Positions 10,394 through 18,806 are shown, numbered from the stretch's first letter. The stretch: 64,000 bases of DNA from a candidate division FCPU426 bacterium (GCA_963830915.1 CAWHOE010000005.1:20004-84003); one strand, 5' to 3'. The notes: a model not told the origin generated them from the sequence alone. Numbers and translations are program-made.

Positions 10394-11944
10394 TTATTGG
10401 GTCTTGCCAACTGTCGAGCTGCCTGAATTGCTTTGCTCTTGTTCGGCGTCGAAGGTCAATTTCAATTTTTTTACCTCGTCCGTCTTTTTCACCTGAAGAT
10501 CGGCCATGGTATCCAGATTGGTTTTGACCTCCTCCACGGCGGCCTTGACTTTTTCCGTCAGTTCAGCCTTTTTGGATGTGTCCTGGGTTTCGTTCAGCTC
10601 CTGTTGGACCTTTTGCAGGTTTTGTATCTTTTCCGTGTTGTTAGCTTTCAATTGTTCCATTTGGGTCTGCAGGCCGCTCACCTGAGGATCGGTGGTGACC
10701 ATCTTTTGCCACTTAGCCTGCAGGGCGTCCTGGTGGCCTGTAAGATGAAGATCGAAATTAACGCCAGACTGCCCTGTGAAAGTGGCCGCCGAATCAAAAC
10801 CATTCTTCGCGCCCCCGCTTAAGTTCTCGCCTTGACCCGTGGTCTTCGTCTCGGGGGCGTTATATAACCAGCCCTGGAGTGTTGATTTCATGTTGCTGTA
10901 GGCCTGTTCGAAAGCGTTTGATCTTCGCGCCGGACCACTGGCGGGCGGGGGGGGCACTGGGCCGATGTTGCCGTCGGCCGCCGACTTTTGGTCGATATCC
11001 CCGGTCAGCGCCAAAACGGAATCGGTGAAGTTTTTGAGGCTTGTTTCGTCACCTGGGGATTTGTCCAGGGCTTCCTGAAAGGTCCCCATCGCCTCTTTCC
11101 ATTGCTTTGCCAGAAGTAATTGTGTTCCTTGATCGTTCAAGGCCATGGTCTTCGCTTGCGCCTGGGTTTCTTCCGGGGATTTCGAATTGGAAGTTTGATG
11201 ATGGGCATGCCGGGGCTTTGAGGTTTCCGTTTCATCGTCATCCTTCAAACCGCTATTGAAGCTCCCGTTATTCCCGCTTTCGTCGTCGTCCTTGAGGCCA
11301 GAATTACCGGAAGAATCGTCATCTTTGAGTCCGTAATGTTCGTCGCCCCCGATGCCCTTCATTTCTCTTAAAGTGTCCGATTTCATGTCATTGAAATTCT
11401 TCTTGGCCCGTGCCTGCCTTAAGGCCTCATGGATCGATGAGTTGTTGGGGTCTGTCTTCAATGCCTGTTCGTAATAATTGATGGCCTGGTCCCATTCCCC
11501 TTTGTTGTAATACAAGTCGCCTTTCTGCTTCAGTTGCAGGGCCCAAGTCCTCTGTTGCTGGGCCTGGATCTCCGCCTGCGAGGGACCTGAATATCCCCCT
11601 CCGTAGTTGGAATAACCCTGGCTCCCACCTCCCGTATTGGCGGCGCAACGCGGCGGACAGGAATCCGGAACCTGCGCGTACAAACGCGGAACGAAGTTGG
11701 TTTCTCCCGAGGGAAAGAGCGTGTCTTTAAAAGGTGTAGAGAACTGACCTGGAGGTGTTCGCAGGTCAACCACGTCGGGGCCGGGATTCGGGGGAATGTT
11801 TTGGGCGTTTCCCATCCCCACCGCGAAGATCTGATAGGACGCGCTCATCAGCAGGGCCTTACCCGCCGGGCCCGCCCATCGCCCCAGGGCGCCGCCCTGG
11901 GCGGAGGCTTTTTTACCCTTCTTATTACCTTTTTTGTGTTTCAT
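10394..11944 (-). CDS. Secreted TPR protein with N-terminal Pro/Cys/Gly-rich segment, GLKDDD repeats and C-terminal coiled coil
   Basis: Basic N-terminus plus hydrophobic signal; SCPPRC motif; TPRs (GDLYYNKGEWDQAINYYEQAL; GTQLLLAKQWKEAMGTFQEAL); three GLKDDD repeats. Confidence 0.8.
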   Translation of the reverse strand: MKHKKGNKKGKKASAQGGALGRWAGPAGKALLMSASYQIFAVGMGNAQNIPPNPGPDVVDLRTPPGQFSTPFKDTLFPSGETNFVPRLYAQVPDSCPPRCAANTGGGSQGYSNYGGGYSGPSQAEIQAQQQRTWALQLKQKGDLYYNKGEWDQAINYYEQALKTDPNNSSIHEALRQARAKKNFNDMKSDTLREMKGIGGDEHYGLKDDDSSGNSGLKDDDESGNNGSFNSGLKDDDETETSKPRHAHHQTSNSKSPEETQAQAKTMALNDQGTQLLLAKQWKEAMGTFQEALDKSPGDETSLKNFTDSVLALTGDIDQKSAADGNIGPVPPPPASGPARRSNAFEQAYSNMKSTLQGWLYNAPETKTTGQGENLSGGAKNGFDSAATFTGQSGVNFDLHLTGHQDALQAKWQKMVTTDPQVSGLQTQMEQLKANNTEKIQNLQKVQQELNETQDTSKKAELTEKVKAAVEEVKTNLDTMADLQVKKTDEVKKLKLTFDAEQEQSNSGSSTVGKTQ

Positions 11945-11962
11945 ACCCCGTTCCTTTCACCT

Positions 11963-13426
11963 TCATATACATTTACCCGCCGGCACCCTCTCCTGGGTGT
12001 CGCCGGACGTGGATTCATCCGCTTTTTGCCAAAGCAGTTCCCCTAGGACATTCCGGGTATAGTCGCACCGCATCTTCTTGATGTAATCCCGCACCCTTGG
12101 ACTGGTCTCGGGATTTTCCAGGCTGGTCAACCGTCCCAGGGGACAGCCCCCGCCACAAAGGGTACGCCAGTTGCAATCCTTGCAGTCCTCCATGCGGTCT
12201 ACCCGCAATTCACCGTACAGACGGTCGATCACGGGCTGGCGGGGATAGCTCCCATCCAACATATTGCCCATGTGGTACCGAGCTATACCCACCAGGTATA
12301 TGCAGGGGTAGACATCCCCTTTCGCGTCGACGGCGGGGGCGCTGCCGGTCGCCGCGCCGCAGCCCACCGCGCAGGCGCAACCAGGCTTGAACCGGTCCGA
12401 ATACTGGTTAAAGGGAAAAAGTTCCCCGGGTTTCCACAGCTTGCTTTGATAAACTTCCGCGATCCTTTGAATGACCTTTTCCGGATCGGGCAGCATCTCC
12501 TCCGGCAGGATGTTCTCATCCGAATTGATGGGGATGACCGGCACGAAACCGCTGGAACTTCCCCCGATCTCCTTGTGATGGGCGCTGACCTCGGCCAGAT
12601 GGTCTTGATTCAGCGCGGTGACCGTCGCCCGCAGGTCGACCTTCAACCCGGCCTCGGCCAATCGGCGGATGTTCCGGGTGACGGCTCCGTGGGATCCGCC
12701 GCCGCTTTTCAGGGGTCGGCAACGGTCATGGATCTCGGGGGGGCCGTCCACATCGCACAGGAATGAGATCTCGTACTTCTTCGCCCAGTCAATGAGGTCG
12801 TCAGGCAGAAAAGATAAATTGGTGGTGAGATGGTACTTTCTCATCTTGTCCCGATGATCCTCGCCCAGACGCTTCTCACAATGGAGAATGACCTCCTGGG
12901 CAAGAGGCCAATTCAAAAGAGGTTCCCCGCCAAAAAATACGATCTCGAGTAAACCAGCGGGGCTCAGTTCTTCCAGACACCGGTCTACGGTGCGGATCGC
13001 CACCTCCCGGCTCATCTTTATGTTTTTATCTCTTTGGTAGGTTCGGTGACCATCTAGGCAGTAGAAACATCCCATGTTGCAGGATTGGGACAGAAGCAGA
13101 TAGAGCGTCATTTGAGGTCGAGGGGCAGTAGTGGGCGCGGACGACCATTCCATCGCGGGTTGGGTTCGGGCTTCCATTGTCGGGTCCACAACGATCCAAT
13201 GGTCCGAAAGGACTTGAAGTAAATTCACTTCGCGGGGATAGGTCTTCAAGACGCGCTCGCGGCTCCCCAATTCCCTAACCGCGCTTAAAAAACCTTGGAT
13301 GTAACTTCGGCCTTCCCGGATATATAGCGGCTTTCGAATATTGGCGTGGGTCAAAAGCAATTCGTCCTGTCCACGCTCCAGAAAGAGCACCTCATCGGGA
13401 ATCTTGAGAAAGGAACGTTCATTCAT
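11963..13426 (-). CDS. Radical SAM/SPASM domain protein (peptide/protein maturase class)
   Basis: CNMGCFYC, FFGGEPLL, GDVYPC and CKDCNWRTLCGGGCP...C motifs; about 90-aa N-terminal extension that may be an RRE-like domain. Confidence 0.9.
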   Translation of the reverse strand: MNERSFLKIPDEVLFLERGQDELLLTHANIRKPLYIREGRSYIQGFLSAVRELGSRERVLKTYPREVNLLQVLSDHWIVVDPTMEARTQPAMEWSSAPTTAPRPQMTLYLLLSQSCNMGCFYCLDGHRTYQRDKNIKMSREVAIRTVDRCLEELSPAGLLEIVFFGGEPLLNWPLAQEVILHCEKRLGEDHRDKMRKYHLTTNLSFLPDDLIDWAKKYEISFLCDVDGPPEIHDRCRPLKSGGGSHGAVTRNIRRLAEAGLKVDLRATVTALNQDHLAEVSAHHKEIGGSSSGFVPVIPINSDENILPEEMLPDPEKVIQRIAEVYQSKLWKPGELFPFNQYSDRFKPGCACAVGCGAATGSAPAVDAKGDVYPCIYLVGIARYHMGNMLDGSYPRQPVIDRLYGELRVDRMEDCKDCNWRTLCGGGCPLGRLTSLENPETSPRVRDYIKKMRCDYTRNVLGELLWQKADESTSGDTQERVPAGKCI

Positions 13427-13830
13427 GGGAAAGAGGCCCGGGAGAGATTAACCCTTTGGTTAAACGACAAAACCTTAATGTGGCATGAAACGTCCTGATT
13501 CGGCAGGGCCAAGAATCTAAAAGGTCTTCAATTGAATGATTTTGGAGTTGATGGAAAAAAGAAAGAATCACATAAGAATTAAAATTCGAGAAGGCTATCG
13601 GCATAAGGGAACAACTTTCTCATCCATCCGGATGGAAGAATTGCTCCCCGATTTTTTTATATAGTCGGCATATCCAAGAATTTCACCTGCTTAAATATTA
13701 TGATACTCACCCATTTAGGTGAGCAATGTTAAATTTGCTTATCTTCTTTTCGTCAAGGCAAGCGGACGATAAACGAAAAAACAATCTTAAGAAAACGCTT
13801 ATTTAGATGGTCCATATTTGTTCTTAATTT

Positions 13831-14238
13831 CTAGAAGAACAATTTTTTCTCATCGAGCTTTTCGAATATTTGGATGTCGTTCGTTAAATAATCCAAGAAT
13901 ACGCCGAAGGTACTTTTCGCGTATTCGCCGAACCAAAAGGCCTCGAATCGCAATGAGACATTGCCCTCATCCATGGCGTGATAGACTTTCGTTATATTAA
14001 GTTTTTCGTTCGCTAAATTAATGAACGCATCCATCGGCTGGGTTGGCTTCTTGTCGGTCATGATGTTGATTTGATAAATGACCACTTCTTTGTTTATTTC
14101 CCAAAACGCAACGCTCCATTTTTTGGGATTCTTCGCGATATATAATTGAGGGCCTTTCTCGGTCTTTTTTTCTAGCTTGGTGATGGCGTAACCAAGAAAT
14201 TCCAAATGGTTGACCATTTCATTTATTTTGTTGGCCAT
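13831..14238 (-). CDS. Hypothetical protein, possibly YbjN/T3SS-chaperone-like fold
   Basis: 135 aa; GGAGG RBS; FINLANEKLNITKVY pattern resembles the N-x-x-N motif of this fold. Confidence 0.55.
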   Translation of the reverse strand: MANKINEMVNHLEFLGYAITKLEKKTEKGPQLYIAKNPKKWSVAFWEINKEVVIYQINIMTDKKPTQPMDAFINLANEKLNITKVYHAMDEGNVSLRFEAFWFGEYAKSTFGVFLDYLTNDIQIFEKLDEKKLFF

Positions 14239-14411
14239 GGAATATTACCTCCTGATATAGAAAACTGATTTGATCGATTTTATCACCGCTAAAATAATTT
14301 GCTCGTATTTTTTAGGGATGATTAATCCAAGCCTATTTATTTTTAAGAACTTATTTTCTAGCGGCGATTTAGTCTTGAGCCCAATGCGTTCTTAACGTTC
14401 TCTCCTATTTC

Positions 14412-14440
14412 ACCTCGGTCACTTTGACGATTCCCCCATT
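14412..14440. repeat. 29-bp direct repeat, copy 1 (orphan duplicate of the 3' end of the ParB-fusion gene)
   Basis: ACCTCGGTCACTTTGACGATTCCCCCATT, identical to 15383..15411; on the minus strand it reads NGGIVKVTEVK then TAG (14407-14405). Confidence 0.9.
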
Positions 14441-14446
14441 AATAGC

Positions 14447-14570
14447 TAACAGATAACAAACAACAGTCGACAGCCGACAGACGGCAGCCACAAATAACAG
14501 CCGATAGACGTCAGCTGACAGTCGACAGCCCGCCTACGCTAAAGCTACGGCGGGCAGGCCGACAGATGGC
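14447..14570. repeat. Degenerate 7-bp tandem repeats (ACAGNCG-like) with an embedded REP-like hairpin
   Basis: acagtcg/acagccg/acagacg/gcagcca...; GCCCGCCTACGCTAAAGCTACGGCGGGC hairpin at about 14528-14555. Confidence 0.7.
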
Positions 14571-14602
14571 AAAAGGCAGGGGACAGAACTACAAACGGAA
14601 GA

Positions 14603-15004
14603 TTATTTCAAGAACTCATCTAGTGAGGTTGTAAATTGAGGGATCGCCTTGCGGAACGCCTTATCCTGAGTGACACAAACAGTCCGGAGGTTCTTGGCCA
14701 ACAACGCGAACAAAGCGTCATAACCCCCGAGGTCATGTTTCAAGGCTAGATCCAGCGCCTGGGCCCCTTCCACCGATTCTTCTCGTAGATGGGGCAGATG
14801 GTACGAAGCCTCCCAGACAGCCCGGACGGCCTCGGCAGGCATTTTCTGGTACTTGGCGTAATTCATCAAAACGTTCAGGAATTCAACGCGCCAAAAAGAG
14901 GGCGCCGCCCATTCAGGGTCGCGTTCCAAGAGTTGGCGTACCCTGGCGGTTTGCTCGCCCTTGATGAGTAGATAAACGATGATGTTGGTATCAACGACGA
15001 TCAA
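14603..15004 (-). CDS. PIN-domain (VapC/FitB-like) toxin
   Basis: IVVDTNIIVY...VEFLNVL...YDALFALLA...TQD PIN motifs; TTG start overlaps the antitoxin stop. Confidence 0.85.
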   Translation of the reverse strand: MIVVDTNIIVYLLIKGEQTARVRQLLERDPEWAAPSFWRVEFLNVLMNYAKYQKMPAEAVRAVWEASYHLPHLREESVEGAQALDLALKHDLGGYDALFALLAKNLRTVCVTQDKAFRKAIPQFTTSLDEFLK

Positions 15005-15231
15005 GCCATCCCCTTGCGTTTCCATTGATGGATCAGCTTGTCCGTCAGGGGCTTTTTGCCTTCATAAGGCGCGGGCAGTTCCCGGGCCGCGGAAAGGGCC
15101 GGGCTATGGTTCAATCCGGCCTCCAAAAGATAGACCGCTTCGCCGTTCATGGACCGATGGGCCTTTTGCGCCTCTTCCTTCAAACGCCGGTGAAGGTCAT
15201 CTGGCAGGTTTTTGATCACCAAAGTCGCCAT
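15001..15231 (-). CDS. Arc/FitA-like ribbon-helix-helix antitoxin
   Basis: MATLVIKNLPDDLHRRLKEEAQKAHRSMNGE; AAGGAG RBS. Confidence 0.85.
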   Translation of the reverse strand: MATLVIKNLPDDLHRRLKEEAQKAHRSMNGEAVYLLEAGLNHSPALSAARELPAPYEGKKPLTDKLIHQWKRKGMA

Positions 15232-15248
15232 ATCCGTCTCCTTCTGAG

Positions 15249-15290
15249 AAGTGCTACCATTATGGAAGCATATTGGTAGCACTTTGTCAA
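15249..15290 (-). promoter_or_regulatory. Probable TA operator/promoter
   Basis: Inverted repeat AAGTGCTACCA-N14-TGGTAGCACTT (15249-15284) next to a minus-strand TTGACA (15290-15285). Confidence 0.6.
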
Positions 15291-15360
15291 TGGTCCCAGC
15301 TACGGAATGATTTCCCGATAAAATTTATTGACCCTGGTCATTCATTCAAATCTCAAATTT

Positions 15361-17517
15361 CTAATGTTCCATTGCTCCGTTTACCTCGGTCACTTTGACG
15401 ATTCCCCCATTCGCGGAGGGGCGGTCATCAAAATCAATGATCAGGCCGACCGGTCTTTCGGAAATGAACTGTTTCTTATCGTTTTTTTCGCTTATGGTCG
15501 TCGCGACCCCTTCCACCAAATACTCACCCGATTCCTTATCCACCTTCAAGACTTTCGCGGGCTTGGAGGGCTGAAAGTACAGGGTCAGTTTTTGAGACCG
15601 TATCTCCCTTAACTTTTCCTTTGGATAGAATTCCTTGAAAAAGGCGTCGGTGTAATGGTCGTTCGTAAAGTCATCCAGGTATTTCAACTGGGTGGAGGGG
15701 GTGTCATAGGAAACCCCGTAGAAGTTCACGGCGAAAGCCATGGCGATGCCCGCGTCATTGGCGACCCTTCCCTTCAGCTCTTCGGGGACCTGGACACCAA
15801 TACCCTGTTCAGGTATTGGTGCACTCAAGTCGTGTGCCTCGGTTTGAGACCTCGGCACAGAGGCCAATATCCCAGAGGCATCATCGGAAGAAGGTTTCGG
15901 AGCAGCGGTTTCGACTCCCTTTGGTCGCTCACCGTTCGCCATGACTGGCTCATGTACATATCCAATCCAATACCCTTGGAAGTGATAGGCCACAACCAAG
16001 AGGGCCGCGAGGAGAACCATTCCAAAAAAACCGGGTTGGAAGAGCTTGGAGACCAACCAAAGCAACCCCACCCCCAGGACCACGGCCAGCCAGGGCGTAT
16101 GCAGGGCTTGGAACAGCACCCAAAGGGGCATCTGAACCAGCAAGAGGTGGAACAGGGTCCCGGACCAGGGTTTTAGGGGCGGGATCAATACCCCTACCGC
16201 CCCCAACGTCACTATGTAGAAAACAGCCAGCAGGATTAAGTAGATACCCCAGTGGACGGTGAACCCGATGGGGTTCCTCGCCAGTGGCCCTAAACTCTGC
16301 GAGTTGTGAGAACTGGAATGGGAAGAGTGGGTTGAGATGGGCACCACCTGGTTCGCCAGGAACTTACAGTAATGGTGGCCATGCTTTAAGTAGGAATGCC
16401 AAAGGAACTTGGCCACCCCCTTTGCGAACTGAACCAGGACGCCAAGGAATACCAGAACTGCTCCCTCCGCGCCTTTCATTGCCGTCCCTTGGCTTGGGGA
16501 GTTAGACGAAGCCGCCTGAGGTTGAACCCCACTTGAAGGCTTCCCATCCCCTCCATCTTCCGTGGCAGCATTTTGACCAGAATTCAGCGCGGTTAAGGCT
16601 TCCTTCCCCTTTTGAGCAATGAGGTCATGAATCCTAAGAGGTTTATGGGGAGCCTGATCTTGGCCCTGGTTATGCGGCTGTTCTACAGGGGTAGTCTTTG
16701 CCTTTGGGTTGTAATCCTCCGGCTGGTTCCCCCCGCCAATTCTTTGTTCCTGTGGAATTGGCGCAATCAAACCAAGCCCCTCGGTTTGTGACCTCGGGGC
16801 AGATGCTTTTCCTTTTTGTGGTTTGTCCGTAGGCACAAACTGAGCTGGGTCACCCCCCAATTGAATATGGGCGACCAGCCCCTTCACCTGGGCCTCGGTC
16901 ATTTGTTTTTCCAGGACGACTTGAAGGGCTTTCTCTACAGCTTCCTGATCATTCAAATTGGCTAATTGGCACGTGGACCGCTCATTAAATTGCCACGTTC
17001 CTTCGGGTTTCTTGGCAATGCCAAGAATTAACTCCCTCGAAGTTTGGTTTAAAAGGGGCATTAGCTTCAAAGCTCGGCTAACTTGCCCCTCATCGGTTTC
17101 AAATACATTAGCGATTGTTAGATTGTGGATATCCCGGTCGATAGCCTTCAAGTCCTCCATGGCCAGGAAGGTCTCGAACCAGGTCGGTTCAAAGCCAATA
17201 TTGTCCTGGATAGCTTCTTTTAGGGCTTCCTGGGCGCTGATGGGCCTCACCAGGGCGTCAATCTCCGTCAGCCCGGCCTTGAGGGCCCCCCGGTAGCGGA
17301 TCTCCCCACCCACAATCTCATACCGGATTTCCTTATCCGGCTCCTGGGCCAATTCCTCGGGGGTGAGGGGCCTGACCTTGATGGGGGTTGCCTGACCGGT
17401 GGCGGACATGCTGGCCGCCCGGGCCTCGACCATGTCTTCCCGGATGATCCGGCGGGGGTTGCGGGGGTTGGGACGGATCTGCTTGAGGGGGATACGGACT
17501 AACTCGGCTACTGGCAT
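15361..17517 (-). CDS. ParB/Srx N-terminal domain protein fused to a multi-TM region and a C-terminal domain resembling VirB8/NTF2-like folds
   Basis: GGAGG RBS before ATG 17517; IRPNPRNPRR, GQATPIKVR and YEIVGGEIRYRGA ParB motifs; HTH-like segment; about 4 TM helices; C-terminal AMAFAVNFYGVSY...YLVEG...GIVKVTEV. Confidence 0.75.
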   Translation of the reverse strand: MPVAELVRIPLKQIRPNPRNPRRIIREDMVEARAASMSATGQATPIKVRPLTPEELAQEPDKEIRYEIVGGEIRYRGALKAGLTEIDALVRPISAQEALKEAIQDNIGFEPTWFETFLAMEDLKAIDRDIHNLTIANVFETDEGQVSRALKLMPLLNQTSRELILGIAKKPEGTWQFNERSTCQLANLNDQEAVEKALQVVLEKQMTEAQVKGLVAHIQLGGDPAQFVPTDKPQKGKASAPRSQTEGLGLIAPIPQEQRIGGGNQPEDYNPKAKTTPVEQPHNQGQDQAPHKPLRIHDLIAQKGKEALTALNSGQNAATEDGGDGKPSSGVQPQAASSNSPSQGTAMKGAEGAVLVFLGVLVQFAKGVAKFLWHSYLKHGHHYCKFLANQVVPISTHSSHSSSHNSQSLGPLARNPIGFTVHWGIYLILLAVFYIVTLGAVGVLIPPLKPWSGTLFHLLLVQMPLWVLFQALHTPWLAVVLGVGLLWLVSKLFQPGFFGMVLLAALLVVAYHFQGYWIGYVHEPVMANGERPKGVETAAPKPSSDDASGILASVPRSQTEAHDLSAPIPEQGIGVQVPEELKGRVANDAGIAMAFAVNFYGVSYDTPSTQLKYLDDFTNDHYTDAFFKEFYPKEKLREIRSQKLTLYFQPSKPAKVLKVDKESGEYLVEGVATTISEKNDKKQFISERPVGLIIDFDDRPSANGGIVKVTEVNGAMEH
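15383..15411. repeat. 29-bp direct repeat, copy 2 (within the 3' end of the ParB-fusion gene)
   Basis: Identical to 14412..14440. Confidence 0.9.
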
Positions 17518-17557
17518 AAGGACCTCCGATAGTAATGTTTTAATACGGCTTATTTGA

Positions 17558-17833
17558 TTTGAGGTCACAAATTGCGACCTCAAACTTAAAATCGCCCCGA
17601 AGGAGAGCTCTTCGAGCACCCTTCAGGGCACAGCAATATGCGACCGGATCACAACTTGAAGTCGCAAAACGCGACTTCAAGAACTACCGGTCAAAAGATC
17701 AATAAAATAGATAATTTATGCAAACGATTTTAGCCAAGCGGAAAATGGGGGGGATTTGGGAAAACAGATTAACTTGGGAATTTGACCGTTAAATGTCTGG
17801 AGGGTTTTCTAATCCGGTCACAGATTGTGACCG
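17558..17833. promoter_or_regulatory. Three related palindromes with core GTCRCA-N3-YGYGAC upstream of the ParB-fusion gene
   Basis: TTTGAGGTCACAAATTGCGACCTCAAA (17558-17584), CTTGAAGTCGCAAAACGCGACTTCAAG (17655-17681), CGGTCACAGATTGTGACCG (17815-17833). Confidence 0.65.
17594..17629. repeat. REP-like hairpin; second copy at 27818..27853
   Basis: GCCCCGAAGGAGAGCTCTTCGAGCACCCTTCAGGGC versus CCCCGGAAGGAGAGCTCTTCGACCACCCTTCAGGGC. Confidence 0.8.
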
Positions 17834-17879
17834 CATCGAGAATTTAAACCACGTCGGCCAAATTACTTTTTTCAATAAT

Positions 17880-18647
17880 TCAGATAGCCCATCTCAAAAA
17901 CCAGGGCCCTTGTATTTTCCTTTTTCGTTCTTTTCTTAATTTTAAATAAAGTAAAAGGGATAAAATGGTGAGCCCCGCGTAAAAAATGTGGTCAAAACAA
18001 GGATAAACGGTCTCTAAAATGTCCATCCCATTTAATAACACAGCTGGGATCGCGAGGAATATTCCCAAGACAAGACTCACAAATAACCCAGTTACAAATA
18101 ATCCCGCATAAGCCGTTAAGATCAACCCTCGTTTTCCCGAGGTCAAATTATGGCATCTTGTAAGGGCGTCGACTTTGGCATTGCCCTCAAAACATACAAT
18201 TGGGCCGATCAAAAAATAGGTGATCGAAAGATATATTCCCGGAACGATCAAAAAAAGCAACCCGAGCAAAATAATAAAACCCGCCTTGAAATATTTCACC
18301 CACACAGCGGCCCATTTGCTTAATCCGAAACGATAGGATTCCCCGATCGATGGAAAGGTTTTGGATTTTAAATACCGCGCGACCCCGTAAATGACCGTGG
18401 GCATCACCAAAGGAAGGAATAATGCGTTTGCGGAAATATCAAAATTCAATCTTTCGTAAAAATTCCCATGTGGAATCAAAAGATATTTCAGCGCGGCGAT
18501 TGGCACAACAAAGAAGAAATAAACTTTCGCGATGAACCAAAAACATTTCAAATAGACTTTTATGGATAAAGTAATGAGTTCCCAAGCGGTATCGAATTTT
18601 GGCGTTGGGATGTTGAGATTCAGATCGTTCTTATTCCCTTTTGGCAT
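17880..18647 (-). CDS. Hypothetical integral membrane protein (YciC/DUF7847-like)
   Basis: About 6 TM segments; LGLLFLIVPGIYL...P..FE....AL.R...L..G pattern. Confidence 0.7.
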   Translation of the reverse strand: MPKGNKNDLNLNIPTPKFDTAWELITLSIKVYLKCFWFIAKVYFFFVVPIAALKYLLIPHGNFYERLNFDISANALFLPLVMPTVIYGVARYLKSKTFPSIGESYRFGLSKWAAVWVKYFKAGFIILLGLLFLIVPGIYLSITYFLIGPIVCFEGNAKVDALTRCHNLTSGKRGLILTAYAGLFVTGLFVSLVLGIFLAIPAVLLNGMDILETVYPCFDHIFYAGLTILSLLLYLKLRKERKRKIQGPWFLRWAI

Positions 18648-18806
18648 ATATACACCACCTCTATTTCATATAGGTATGAAAAACCAAAGGTGAGCCGTCC
18701 TGACTCCACCAAACCCTCATATACATCATTTCACTATAATACTCTGATTTGGTTCTGGTTAAGGACAAAGTCTATTGTAATAAAGGGTCAGACTGGGTTT
18801 CCCTCT

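Noticed and set aside
13419..13604. 61-aa ORF overlapping the rSAM start as a RiPP precursor
   Set aside because: No RBS, AT-rich intergenic composition and no leader/core pattern; cannot be fully excluded without homologue comparison
17518..17619. N-terminal extension of the ParB ORF shown in the ORF track
   Set aside because: GGAGG precedes ATG 17517, and the extension runs through palindromic repeat DNA
18697..18768. GTCCTGAC...ACCAAA / TTTGGT...TAAGGACAA as a sixth E-type element
   Set aside because: Only a weak inverted repeat; lacks the CCAC/RTGG core and the GGTCCCC motif
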